Shown here: one piece after another, positions 17,725 through 26,748 of the stretch
Position numbering within the stretch: the first letter of the stretch is position 1
How the letters are laid out: each line of letters starts with the position of its first letter
NCBI GenBank assembly: GCA_937881855.1
Contig: CALGEL010000059.1
Location: forward strand, 123,032 to 180,428
Direction of reading: 5' to 3'
DNA length: 57,397 bases
Origin: an uncultured Clostridia bacterium
GTDB lineage: Bacteria > Bacillota > Clostridia > Oscillospirales > QAKW01
Position numbers and translations under genes: made by a program
The notes under the pieces: generated by a model
What the model was told of the DNA's origin: nothing
Database searches by the model: none
The model's input: only the letters and a program-made list of their open reading frames with translations

Positions 17725-20700
17725 ATGACTGATTTCGTACACTTACATTTGCATACAGAATATAGCCTTCTGGATGGCGCCTGCCGTATAACCGAAGCGG
17801 TGGCAAAAGCGAAGGCGTTGGGTCAGTCTGCCCTTGCCATCACCGACCATGGTGTTTTATATGGTGCTGTTGACTTTTATAAAACGTGCAAAAAAGAAGG
17901 AATTAAGCCGATCATCGGTTGCGAAATTTATATGGCTCCCCACGGGAGAAAAGACAAACAATATAACCTTGACGGAAAATATTCCCACCTGATTTTATTA
18001 GCAAAAAATAAGGTTGGATACCATAATCTCGTAAAAATCGTATCACGCGGGTTCACCGAAGGCTTTTATTTCAAACCGCGCGCAGATTTTGAACTTTTAG
18101 AAAAATACAGCGAAGGATTAATCTGCCTTTCGGGCTGTATTGCAGGCTCCGTTCAGCAAAAATTATTGAACAACGACTATGAAGGCGCAAAGCAAGAAGC
18201 GTTGCGCTATAAATCTATTTTTGGTGATGATTACTATCTTGAATTGCAAAACCACGGTTATAAAGAAGATGCCGTCATTATTCCGGGCCTTTCAAGAATC
18301 CACCAAGAGACCGGGATATCAATGGTCGCCACCAATGATGCCCATTATATTAATAAAGAGGATTCCTATACCCAAAAGGTGTTAATGTGTATCCAAATGA
18401 ATAAAACATTAAACGATGAGGATGCTCCGGGATTTGATACTGATGAGTTTTATCTCAAAAGCGGGGAAGAAATGGCCCAATTATTTGAGCATTATCCGGA
18501 TGCAGTTTTAAACACCGTTAAGATAGCAAGAGAATGTAATTATGATTTTGAATTTGGCGAATTTCATTTGCCGAAATTTCAATTACCCAATGGCGAAGAC
18601 GATAGTTTTGAATATCTGAAAAAACTTTGTTATAATGGCCTTTCCGAACGTTATAATATTATTGATGATCAACTAAAAAATCGCTTAAATTACGAGCTTG
18701 ACACTATCCAAAATATGGGATATGTCGATTACTTCTTAATTGTCAGCGACTTTATTTCTTATGCCAAAAACAATCGTATTCCTGTTGGCCCCGGAAGAGG
18801 GTCGGCTGCCGGTTCTTTGGTTGCATACTGCCTTCGTATAACCGATATTGATCCGATAGAATATGATCTGCTTTTTGAACGCTTTTTAAATCCCGAGCGT
18901 GTAACAATGCCGGATATTGACATCGATTTTTGCTATGAACGGCGCGGAGAAGTCATTGATTATGTTGTCGAAAAATACGGTGCAGATAATGTCGCTCAAA
19001 TTGTCACTTTTGGTACAATGGCTGCCAAACAGGCGGTAAGAGACGTCGGGCGCGCTATGGGAATGCCTTATGGTGAAGTCGATGCTGTCGCTAAAATGAT
19101 TCCGTTTCGGCTCGGTATCACGTTAAAAGATGCAATTAATGAAGTTCCCACCCTAAAAGAATTGTACGAGACTAATCAGTCTGTCCGCAAATTGCTGGAT
19201 CAAGCTTTGCGTTTGGAAGGGTTCCCGCGTCATAATTCTACCCATGCCGCAGGTGTTGTCATTACTGAAAAAGAGGTCAGCGATTTTGTTCCTGTCGCTG
19301 TCAATGGGGATGCTTCGGTAACCCAATTCTCTATGACGACTTTGGAAGAACTGGGCTTATTAAAAATGGATTTTCTTGGTCTGCGAAATCTGACCATTAT
19401 TCGTGACACAGAAAAATTAATCTCTCAAATCGAGCCCGACTTTAAAGTCGATGATATTCCTTTGAATGATGCGGCTACCTTTAAGACCTTGGCAAGCGGC
19501 AATACAAGCGGTGTTTTCCAAATGGAAAGCCCGGGAATGCGCCAAGTTCTTATGCGGTTAAAGCCTTCGGAATTTGAGGATATTATCGCGGTCATTTCTT
19601 TGTATCGTCCCGGGCCAATGGAGTCTATTCCAACCTACATTGCTAATAAAAATAACCCTGAGAAGATCAAATATTTGACGCCGGAATTGGAGCCTATTTT
19701 AAAGGTCACTTACGGTTGTATCGTCTATCAAGAGCAGGTTATGCAAATCGTTCGTTCTCTTGCCGGTTATTCCTATGCGCGCGCTGATTTGGTGCGCAGA
19801 GCAATGAGCAAGAAAAAAAGCGATGTTATGGAGCGTGAAAGAGAAATCTTTTTGTATGGATCGGTAGATGAAGAAGGGAATATTTTGATCCCGGGCGCGC
19901 TCAGAAACGGAATTAAAAAGGATATCGCAAACAAAATTTTTGATCAAATGATCGATTTTGCAAAATATGCATTCAATAAATCCCATGCCACCTGCTATGC
20001 TAAGGTAGCCTATCAAACTGCCTATTTAAAAACGCATTATCAAAAGCAATATTTGGCTGCATTGATGACGAGCGTGATTGGCTCTACCGAAAAAACAGCG
20101 GAATATATTGAAGAATGCAGACGCTTAAATATCAATGTTTTACCGCCCCACATTAATAAGAGTTATTCCAGATTTCAAGCAACAGAAGACGGCATTGTGT
20201 TCGGCTTGCTTGCCATAAAAAATGTGGGTGTAAAAATGGTTCACGATATTGTGACTGAGCGAGAACAAAATGGGGAATATAAGGACTTTGTCGATTTTTG
20301 TTCGCGAATTTCGGATAAAGACATCAATTCCCGTGCCATCGACAGTATGATTAAATGCGGTGTATTTGACTGTTTTAATTTCAGCCGACGCCATCTTGCA
20401 ATGATTCATGAGCCGCTTTTTAATAGCATCATAGCGGACAAAAAGGATCAAATTGATGGGCAGATCGGGTTGTTTTCGATGATAACTGAACCGGTTGATG
20501 CCGGAGCGCGTTATTTTAAAGAACCGCAGAAAGAATATGAAAAGTCCGTTAAACTTTCCTTTGAAAAAGAGTTGATGGGGATCCATCTTTCCGACAATCC
20601 CTTTGAACCATATCGACACATTTATCAACGCAAGGATATAACAAATTTTAGAGAACTCTTATCGGATGACACGAGCGACGGAGTTCAGGTTTGGATCTTT

Positions 20701-21171
20701 GCTCAAATTGATAACTATAAGTCGGTCAAAACAAAGACCGGATCTGAGATGGGATATTTGACGCTTTCTGATATTTCCGGTACAATGGAGGGAATCTTAT
20801 TTCCGAAGGTTTACGCTTGTTTTCGAAATGGACTGAGTAAAAACAGCATGGTTTTTATCCGTGGCAAAATTCAAAAAGATGAAACTCGCGGAACAAAACT
20901 TTTAATTGATGAAATTCGATACCCGAGTGAAAAAGAATTAAAAGAAAAGACAAAACGGTTATATTTAAAACTTGTGTCCAAAGATTCTCATCAATACGAA
21001 CAAGTCATAAAGATCCTTTCGGAATATTCCGGGATGCATGAGTGTATTTTATATTTTGCTGATACACAAAAAAGTGTCTCCACTTTAAATCGCTTTGGTA
21101 TTGATATCAACGATCAACTTTTAAGTAGGTTAAGAATCATACTGGATGAAGAGAATATTGTGATAAAATAA
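17725..21171 (+). CDS. dnaE: DnaE-type DNA polymerase III alpha subunit
   Basis: FVHLHLHTEYSLLDGA, ITDHG.LYG, GPGRGSAAGSLVAY.L.IT.IDP, PDIDIDF, HAAGVVI, FNKSH..CYA, plus a C-terminal OB fold; 1148 aa. Confidence 0.95.
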   Translation: MTDFVHLHLHTEYSLLDGACRITEAVAKAKALGQSALAITDHGVLYGAVDFYKTCKKEGIKPIIGCEIYMAPHGRKDKQYNLDGKYSHLILLAKNKVGYHNLVKIVSRGFTEGFYFKPRADFELLEKYSEGLICLSGCIAGSVQQKLLNNDYEGAKQEALRYKSIFGDDYYLELQNHGYKEDAVIIPGLSRIHQETGISMVATNDAHYINKEDSYTQKVLMCIQMNKTLNDEDAPGFDTDEFYLKSGEEMAQLFEHYPDAVLNTVKIARECNYDFEFGEFHLPKFQLPNGEDDSFEYLKKLCYNGLSERYNIIDDQLKNRLNYELDTIQNMGYVDYFLIVSDFISYAKNNRIPVGPGRGSAAGSLVAYCLRITDIDPIEYDLLFERFLNPERVTMPDIDIDFCYERRGEVIDYVVEKYGADNVAQIVTFGTMAAKQAVRDVGRAMGMPYGEVDAVAKMIPFRLGITLKDAINEVPTLKELYETNQSVRKLLDQALRLEGFPRHNSTHAAGVVITEKEVSDFVPVAVNGDASVTQFSMTTLEELGLLKMDFLGLRNLTIIRDTEKLISQIEPDFKVDDIPLNDAATFKTLASGNTSGVFQMESPGMRQVLMRLKPSEFEDIIAVISLYRPGPMESIPTYIANKNNPEKIKYLTPELEPILKVTYGCIVYQEQVMQIVRSLAGYSYARADLVRRAMSKKKSDVMEREREIFLYGSVDEEGNILIPGALRNGIKKDIANKIFDQMIDFAKYAFNKSHATCYAKVAYQTAYLKTHYQKQYLAALMTSVIGSTEKTAEYIEECRRLNINVLPPHINKSYSRFQATEDGIVFGLLAIKNVGVKMVHDIVTEREQNGEYKDFVDFCSRISDKDINSRAIDSMIKCGVFDCFNFSRRHLAMIHEPLFNSIIADKKDQIDGQIGLFSMITEPVDAGARYFKEPQKEYEKSVKLSFEKELMGIHLSDNPFEPYRHIYQRKDITNFRELLSDDTSDGVQVWIFAQIDNYKSVKTKTGSEMGYLTLSDISGTMEGILFPKVYACFRNGLSKNSMVFIRGKIQKDETRGTKLLIDEIRYPSEKELKEKTKRLYLKLVSKDSHQYEQVIKILSEYSGMHECILYFADTQKSVSTLNRFGIDINDQLLSRLRIILDEENIVIK

Positions 21172-21173
21172 CA

Positions 21174-21202
21174 TTGATTTTTAAAAATCAATAGTGTATA
21201 AT
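21174..21202 (+). promoter_or_regulatory. Candidate sigma-A promoter for pfkA
   Basis: TTGATT (21174-21179), a 17-nt spacer, then TATAAT (21197-21202). The -35 element lies inside a perfect 20-bp palindrome (21173-21192). Confidence 0.5.
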
Positions 21203-21232
21203 TTCATTTAAAGTAAAAAATGAGGTAATGAA

Positions 21233-22204
21233 ATGGATTCAAAAGTTAAAAAAATCGGTGTTCTTACCAGCGGCGGCGATGCGCCGGGTATGAACGCCGC
21301 CATTCGCGCAGTGGTCCGTGCAGCGCGCGCAAGGGGTATAGAAGTGGTTGGCATCAGAAGAGGTTATGCCGGTTTAATTGCGGGCGATATTATGCCTATG
21401 GATGCTCGCGATGTTTCAAATATTCTTCAAGCCGGCGGAACAACGTTGTTCTCAGCTCGCAGCAAAGAGTTTTGCACCGAAGAGGGATTGGAAAAAGCAG
21501 TTAATGTTTGCCGCGAGGTTGGAATTGAAGGGTTAGTAGTTATTGGCGGCGACGGTTCTTTCCGTGGCGCAGGAGCTCTTTCAGCAAGAGGTATTCCTTG
21601 CGTTGGTGTACCCGCCACTATTGATAATGACATCTCTTCTACCGATTATACTATCGGATTTGATACATGCATCAACTGTGTAGTAGATATGGTTGACCGC
21701 ATTCGCGATACAATGAGATCCCATGAACGGTGTTCTGTTGTAGAAGTAATGGGTAGACACGCCGGTTATGTTGCTTTGCACGCAGGTATTGCCACAGGTG
21801 CGACCTTTGTTATGGTGCCTGAGATTCCTTGTTCTGTTGTAGATGTAATTAAAAAGATCGAAGAAGGGCGCAGATATGGCAAAACAAACTTTATTGTTAT
21901 TGTTGCCGAAGGCGTTGGCCATGCAGAAGAGCTGTCTCGATATATTCAAGATACCACCGGTATTGTTACCCGCGCCACCATTTTGGGGCATGTTCAACGT
22001 GGCGGATCTCCCACCTCGCGCGATCGTGTTCTTGCCAGCCAGTACGGTAATTTTGCTGTCGAGCTTCTTGCAGCGGGGAAGAGCAACCGCGTTGTTGGTA
22101 TAAAAAATGATGTGTTGGTTGATTTTGATCTTCACGAAGCGTTGGCTATGAAGAAAGAATTTCCGATGGATCTTTATGGTATGAGTGATATCATTTCCAT
22201 TTAA
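21233..22204 (+). CDS. pfkA: ATP-dependent 6-phosphofructokinase
   Basis: IGVLTSGGDAPGMNAAIRAVVR, IGGDGS, PATIDND, GFDT and MGR.AG motifs; 323 aa. Confidence 0.95.
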   Translation: MDSKVKKIGVLTSGGDAPGMNAAIRAVVRAARARGIEVVGIRRGYAGLIAGDIMPMDARDVSNILQAGGTTLFSARSKEFCTEEGLEKAVNVCREVGIEGLVVIGGDGSFRGAGALSARGIPCVGVPATIDNDISSTDYTIGFDTCINCVVDMVDRIRDTMRSHERCSVVEVMGRHAGYVALHAGIATGATFVMVPEIPCSVVDVIKKIEEGRRYGKTNFIVIVAEGVGHAEELSRYIQDTTGIVTRATILGHVQRGGSPTSRDRVLASQYGNFAVELLAAGKSNRVVGIKNDVLVDFDLHEALAMKKEFPMDLYGMSDIISI

Positions 22205-22210
22205 TTTTAA

Positions 22211-22251
22211 GATGCGCAGCCTACAAATTGAATGGCTGCGCATCTTTTTTT
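22211..22251 (+). terminator. Intrinsic terminator after pfkA
   Basis: Stem gatgcgcagcc pairs with ggctgcgcatc across a 12-nt loop and is followed by a T7 run. Confidence 0.85.
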
Positions 22252-22271
22252 AAAAACTATTAAAAAAACTC

Positions 22272-22300
22272 TTGATTTTTTTATTAATATAGAATATAAT
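22272..22300 (+). promoter_or_regulatory. Candidate sigma-A promoter for tRNA-Leu
   Basis: TTGATT (22272-22277), a 17-nt spacer, then TATAAT (22295-22300), 17 nt upstream of the tRNA 5' end. Confidence 0.55.
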
Positions 22301-22317
22301 AGATGCGTTCGATAAAT

Positions 22318-22404
22318 GCCGGTGTGTTGGAATTGGCAGACGAGACGGACTCAAAATCCGTTGTCAGTAATGACGTGTGGGTTCAAGTCCCACCACCGGC
22401 ACCA
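22318..22404 (+). tRNA. tRNA-Leu (anticodon CAA), class II with a long variable arm and encoded CCA
   Basis: Acceptor stem GCCGGTG pairs with CACCGGC and is followed by ACCA. The anticodon stem acgga/tccgt encloses loop CTCAAAA, giving anticodon CAA. A long variable arm (tgtcagtaatgacgt) and a T-arm GGTTCAAGTCC are present. Confidence 0.9.
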
Positions 22405-22438
22405 TCCCTCAAGAAGTTTCTTGAGGGATTATTTTTTT
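22405..22438 (+). terminator. Intrinsic terminator after tRNA-Leu, abutting the dapA stop
   Basis: Stem tccctcaag pairs with cttgaggga across a 6-nt loop and is followed by ttattttttt. Confidence 0.8.
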
Positions 22439-23321
22439 AGTAGATGCCCAAAGCATTCAGTTCTTTCTTCATCCTTTTAATGTTTTCGATAGAACTTGGT
22501 ATTAGTGGCAATCTGGGTGATCCGGCAGGAAGCCCCAATTCCTTCATAATCCCTTTGATCGGAATTGGATTTATTTCCGTGAATAGTGCGCGAATTAACG
22601 GAATTAATCGAAGCTGTTCCTTTGTTGCTAATTCGATTTGTTTATCAGAAAATAAAGTATGAATATTTTGAACATCCTTTGGTAGTATATTTGATATGAC
22701 CGAAATTGTTCCGCAACCGCCGAGGGATAAAAAGGGTACGATCTGGTCATCGTTTCCGCAATAAACTGCAAGATCCGGGCAACTGGAACGAATATCTGCC
22801 AAACCCGAAATATCGTTACTTGCTTCTTTTAAGGCGATGACATTTGAATGTTGAGCGATCATCTTCATTGTTTGAGGTTCTATTTTAATTCCCGTCCGAG
22901 CAGGGACATTATACATAATAATCGGTAAATTTACACGATCTGCAATGAATGAATAATGGCGAATCAGCCCTTCCTGCGTTGTTTTATTGTAATATGGTGT
23001 CACAATCAGAAGCCCATCTGCGCCTCTTTTTTGAGCCTCTAAACTTCGTTTGATTGCCACATCGGTATTGTTGCTTCCGCTCCCTGCTATTAACGGTACG
23101 CGATGATTAATATAGTACGCAGACTTTGAGATCAACAAACTATATTCTTCAAAAGATAACGTGCTTGCTTCACCGGTTGTTCCCGCAATCACAATGGCTT
23201 GTATCCCGTTTTTAATTTGAAATTCGATTAATTCTTCCAAACCATCAAAATCAACGGTTCCATCGCTTTTAAATGGTGTAATCAGTGCTGTGGCGGCGCC
23301 TGTAAATAGTTTTGTGGACAT
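22437..23321 (-). CDS. dapA: 4-hydroxy-tetrahydrodipicolinate synthase
   Basis: GAATALITPF, AGTTGE, GSN.T, TPYYNK, and the active-site Lys context (ALKEAS). The start was moved to MSTKLF (23321), since the track's 16-codon extension has no homologous content. Confidence 0.9.
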   Translation of the reverse strand: MSTKLFTGAATALITPFKSDGTVDFDGLEELIEFQIKNGIQAIVIAGTTGEASTLSFEEYSLLISKSAYYINHRVPLIAGSGSNNTDVAIKRSLEAQKRGADGLLIVTPYYNKTTQEGLIRHYSFIADRVNLPIIMYNVPARTGIKIEPQTMKMIAQHSNVIALKEASNDISGLADIRSSCPDLAVYCGNDDQIVPFLSLGGCGTISVISNILPKDVQNIHTLFSDKQIELATKEQLRLIPLIRALFTEINPIPIKGIMKELGLPAGSPRLPLIPSSIENIKRMKKELNALGIY

Positions 23322-23433
23322 GTTGTACCTCAAATAATAAAAATCTATTGAAATATTTTCTTGTTCCAATTATAATTTATGTTTAGATAGCATTTTTTGA
23401 TTCAAATAAAATTAGTTTAAGTGGGTAATTAAA

Positions 23434-24462
23434 GTGACTGTTAACGATTTCGATTATCATTTGCCTGAAAATTTAATAGCGCAGACTCCGTTAGATTGCA
23501 GAGACCATTCGCGGCTTTTAGTTCTGCATCGCAATAGCGGTGAAGTGGAGCATAAACATTTTTATGATATTGTTGATTATTTAAATGAAGGCGATTTATT
23601 AGTAATTAATGATTCCAAGGTCATTCCGGCAAGAATATACGGGAACCGTGAGGGAACCGGTGGGGCTGTGGAAGTTCTGCTTTTAAAGGCAATGGAAGAA
23701 AATGTATGGGAAGTATTAGTGAAGCCGGGTCGAAAAGCGAAGGTTGGTCAAAAACTTGAGTTTAACGGCATAATGACCGGTGAAGTTCTGGAGATTTTGG
23801 ACGACGGAAAACGAAAAATTCGCTTTACTCATAATGGCACTTCTATTTATGAAGTGTTGGATCAAATCGGAAAAATGCCGCTCCCGCCTTATATAACGGA
23901 GGAGTTGAAGGAACAAGATCGATATCAAACAGTATATGCGCGCGAATTGGGCTCTGCTGCGGCACCCACTGCCGGACTACATTTTACAAATGAATTATTG
24001 GAAAAGTTGCGCGCCAAAGGCGTGGAAGTGGCAACAGTTACGCTTCACGTTGGGTTGGGGACTTTTCGCCCTGTGAAGGTGGAAGAAATAACTGACCATA
24101 TTATGCATTCGGAATACTTTTCAATTCCCAAAGAAACCATTAAAAAAATTGCTGAAGCCAAAGCGAACGGACGGCGTGTCATTTCTGTGGGAACTACAGC
24201 GACAAGAACGCTGGAAAGCGGTTTTGATTTTAATGGAAGATGCGTTCAGCCGTCGGGCGATACAAGCATTTTCATTTATCCCGGATATACATTCAAGGTG
24301 GTTGATGCTTTAATAACAAACTTTCATCTTCCTAAAAGTACCTTGATGATGCTTGTGAGCGCACTGGCAGGAAGAGATAAAATTATGGCTGCATATGCCG
24401 AAGCTGTTAAGGAAGAATACCGATTTTTCAGTTTTGGAGATGCAATGTTTATTTGTGATTGA
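23434..24462 (+). CDS. queA: S-adenosylmethionine:tRNA ribosyltransferase-isomerase
   Basis: FDY.LPE.LIAQ.P, SRLLVL, PLPPYI, YQTVYA...[24 protein letters not shown] and GTT..R.LES. Confidence 0.95.
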   Translation: MTVNDFDYHLPENLIAQTPLDCRDHSRLLVLHRNSGEVEHKHFYDIVDYLNEGDLLVINDSKVIPARIYGNREGTGGAVEVLLLKAMEENVWEVLVKPGRKAKVGQKLEFNGIMTGEVLEILDDGKRKIRFTHNGTSIYEVLDQIGKMPLPPYITEELKEQDRYQTVYARELGSAAAPTAGLHFTNELLEKLRAKGVEVATVTLHVGLGTFRPVKVEEITDHIMHSEYFSIPKETIKKIAEAKANGRRVISVGTTATRTLESGFDFNGRCVQPSGDTSIFIYPGYTFKVVDALITNFHLPKSTLMMLVSALAGRDKIMAAYAEAVKEEYRFFSFGDAMFICD

Positions 24463-24472
24463 GGTGAATCCT

Positions 24473-25603
24473 ATGTTTCATTTAGATAAAAAAGTCGGCA
24501 ATGCACGACGCGGTCGATTTGAAACGGTACACGGTACAATTCAAACACCGGTTTTTATGAATGTTGCGACCTGCGGCGCCATTAAAGGTGCGGTTTCAGC
24601 ACTTGATCTGAAAGATTTGAAATGTCAGGTGCAGCTTTGCAATACCTATCATTTGCATTTGCGTCCGGGCGACGAAATTGTTCGCAAGCTTGGTGGCATC
24701 CACAAAATGACCGGTTGGAGCGGTCCGATTTTGACCGATAGCGGTGGATTTCAAGTATTTTCGCTTGCAAAGTTGCGGAACATTACCGAAGAAGGAGTAA
24801 CCTTCGCTTCGCATATTGACGGACATAAGATTTTTATGGGACCCGAAGAAAGCATGCAAATCCAATCGAATCTCGGCTCAACCATCGCGATGGCGTTTGA
24901 TGAGTGCGTAGAAAATCCCGCAAAATATGATTATGCAAAAAAATCGGCTGAGCGTACGGTTCGTTGGTTAATTCGAAGCAAAGAAGCATTGAAAAAATTG
25001 AACGCTAAGGAAGACGCTTGTAATCCGGCGCAGATGCTGTTTGCCATCAATCAGGGAAGCACCTATCCCGATCTTCGCATTGAACATATGAAAAAGATCG
25101 TTGAAGTCGGTGCAGACGGTTATGCTATCGGCGGTTTGGCTGTGGGCGAAACTGCGGAAGAGATGTATCAAGTTTTGGATGCTGTAATGCCATATGCACC
25201 GGAAGATAAACCTCGCTATTTAATGGGGGTTGGAACTCCGGTCAATATTTTAGAAGGAGTAGCGCGGGGCGTGGATTTCTTCGATTGCGTTATGCCTGCC
25301 CGCAATGCGCGTCATTCCCACTTGTTTACAAGTGGCGGTGTGATGAATTTATTAAACAAGAAATATGAGTTGGACGAACGACCCATTGATGAAAAATGCG
25401 ACTGCCCAGCGTGCAGAAACTTCACGCGAGCCTATATTCGCCATTTATTCAAGGCGGGGGAGATGCTCGCCATGCGGTTGTGTGTAATGCATAACTTATA
25501 TTTCTATAATGATCTGATGGAACAAATTCGTCACCACATTGAAGTCGGTGATTTTTACGAATGGAAAGATGAGCAAGTCAAAGTGTTTGGAAAACGAATT
25601 TGA
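24473..25603 (+). CDS. tgt: Queuine tRNA-ribosyltransferase
   Basis: ARRG...T.HG...TP.FM.V, TDSGGFQVFSL, FAI.QG, GYAIGGL.VGE, and the zinc motif CDC.AC...RAY..HL. Start is ATG 24473 (MFHLDKK); track start 24395 overlaps queA. Confidence 0.95.
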   Translation: MFHLDKKVGNARRGRFETVHGTIQTPVFMNVATCGAIKGAVSALDLKDLKCQVQLCNTYHLHLRPGDEIVRKLGGIHKMTGWSGPILTDSGGFQVFSLAKLRNITEEGVTFASHIDGHKIFMGPEESMQIQSNLGSTIAMAFDECVENPAKYDYAKKSAERTVRWLIRSKEALKKLNAKEDACNPAQMLFAINQGSTYPDLRIEHMKKIVEVGADGYAIGGLAVGETAEEMYQVLDAVMPYAPEDKPRYLMGVGTPVNILEGVARGVDFFDCVMPARNARHSHLFTSGGVMNLLNKKYELDERPIDEKCDCPACRNFTRAYIRHLFKAGEMLAMRLCVMHNLYFYNDLMEQIRHHIEVGDFYEWKDEQVKVFGKRI

Positions 25604-25605
25604 GG

Positions 25606-25634
25606 TTGACAATAATTGGTTTATTTGATATAGT
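25606..25634 (+). promoter_or_regulatory. Candidate sigma-A promoter for yajC
   Basis: TTGACA (25606-25611), a 17-nt spacer, then TATAGT (25629-25634). Confidence 0.5.
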
Positions 25635-25670
25635 TTAAGCAATATATTTTAATAAAAAGGAGATTTCACA

Positions 25671-25946
25671 ATGGAAGGTATTGGACAAATGTTGCCGATG
25701 ATCTTGGTTCTTGTTGTAATGGTAGGATTTACATTCTTTATGTCGAGAAAGGATAAGAAACGCCAGCAAGAACGCAAAAATATGCAAAATAACCTTGAGG
25801 TTGGCGATCAGGTTCTGATGGAATGTGGGATTGTCGGTAAGGTAGTATCCACCAAGGATTTGGAAACTGTTGTTATCGAAACCGGCTCCGATAAGACCAA
25901 ATTGCGTTTCAAAAGATGGGCGATTGCAGCAAAGATCGAAGATTAA
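25671..25946 (+). CDS. yajC: Preprotein translocase subunit YajC
   Basis: A 91-aa single-TM protein with the YajC core (RKDKKRQQE...L..GD.V....GI.G.V) in the conserved queA-tgt-yajC order. An RBS (aaggag) lies upstream. Confidence 0.85.
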   Translation: MEGIGQMLPMILVLVVMVGFTFFMSRKDKKRQQERKNMQNNLEVGDQVLMECGIVGKVVSTKDLETVVIETGSDKTKLRFKRWAIAAKIED

Positions 25947-26007
25947 TGGCATAAATACATTTCGTCATCTCATATGTTTTATTAAAAACTATGAAGAGGT
26001 GCGGAAA

Positions 26008-26406
26008 ATGAACAAAGAATCTACTAAAAAAATCACAGCGCTTGGCGTTGTGATTTTTTCTTTTGTCAGTATTTTAATTTACGCGTTGATTGTATTTTGT
26101 ATTGACAGTTTGGCGGTGCTGTTGGTGCTAAAAACTCAATTATCAGAGAACTTTTTAAAGATAGGAAGCGTAGTAGCCTCGGGTGTCGGTTTGATAACGT
26201 CGACGGGGTTGATGACCGTTCAAACGAAATTAAAGGGAATTTATGCTGCGGCAATAATGTTTGGAATGGTGTTCATTATCAAAATTATTGGAAATGCATC
26301 ATTGAACTTTGGTGGATATTTTACACTCAATGGATTTATCGGCATTTTGTTTTTAATCGTTTTTGCGTTAGCAGGGGGGATCCTTGGAAGCTTATTTAAA
26401 AAATAA
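26008..26406 (+). CDS. Small four-TM membrane protein, possibly TIGR04086/YrzE-like
   Basis: 132 aa from ATG 26008 (MNKESTKK); four hydrophobic segments. The track's N-terminal extension from 25870 overlaps yajC. The family call comes from memory of what follows yajC in Clostridia. Confidence 0.4.
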   Translation: MNKESTKKITALGVVIFSFVSILIYALIVFCIDSLAVLLVLKTQLSENFLKIGSVVASGVGLITSTGLMTVQTKLKGIYAAAIMFGMVFIIKIIGNASLNFGGYFTLNGFIGILFLIVFALAGGILGSLFKK

Positions 26407-26540
26407 CTTGTCATTTTGCATAAATCAATAATTTAAGTTAAATAATTTTAATTTTGTTCTTGACAATCAAAAAACAACTGTATTTGGAGATTGTAACAAA
26501 AAAATATCTATATCTTGTGTTGTTTTATCTTTAAAACAAT

Positions 26541-26694
26541 GGTTTACATAATCTTTTGTAGTTGGTTTACATAATAATTTTTGTCAGGTTTGACAAAAAT
26601 TTATTATGTGATAAATTCTCCTTGATTTATATATTTTTTTAAGTTAAAATTAGTATTACTCTCCCAAAATATGATGACACGTTAATTTACATAA
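26541..26694. repeat. Cluster of four dif XerD-arm-like 11-mers within a nested palindrome, in a 330-bp ORF-free gap
   Basis: GGTTTACATAA occurs at 26541-26551 and 26564-26574, and AATTTACATAA at 26684-26694; their reverse complements are TTATGTAAACC and TTATGTAAATT. An inverted copy TTATGTGATAA lies at 26604-26614. An imperfect inverted repeat of about 20 bp (ttacataataatttttgtca / tgacaaaaatttattatgtga) is centred near 26589. Confidence 0.7.
26564..26591 (-). other. Best 11-6-11 candidate dif core (AAACCTGACAA-AAATTA-TTATGTAAACC)
   Basis: The XerD arm matches B. subtilis dif (TTATGTAAACT) at 10 of 11 positions, with an AT-rich 6-bp centre. The putative XerC arm matches only about 5 of 11. 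The site lies where the sampled GC skew flips, 760 bp upstream of xerD. Confidence 0.35.
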
Positions 26695-26702
26695 TATTTT
26701 TG

Positions 26703-26731
26703 GAATAATAACGGACAAACCCTCATACCTT
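26703..26731 (+). promoter_or_regulatory. Candidate sigma-E-type promoter for spoIIM-xerD
   Basis: GAATAAT (26703-26709), a 14-nt spacer, then CATACCTT (26724-26731). The B. subtilis sigma-E consensus, as I recall it, is an ATA-type -35, 14 nt, then CATACAhT. The -10 has two mismatches, and the spacer contains GGACAA (SpoIIID-box-like). Confidence 0.3.
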
Positions 26732-26748
26732 TTATTGAGGTGATCATA

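Noticed and set aside
23322-23433. I looked for a lysine (L-box) riboswitch upstream of dapA, and also upstream of the aspartokinase pair at 40668-40783
   Set aside because: The leaders are only about 40-110 nt, and I could not find the conserved L-box helices. No claim is made.
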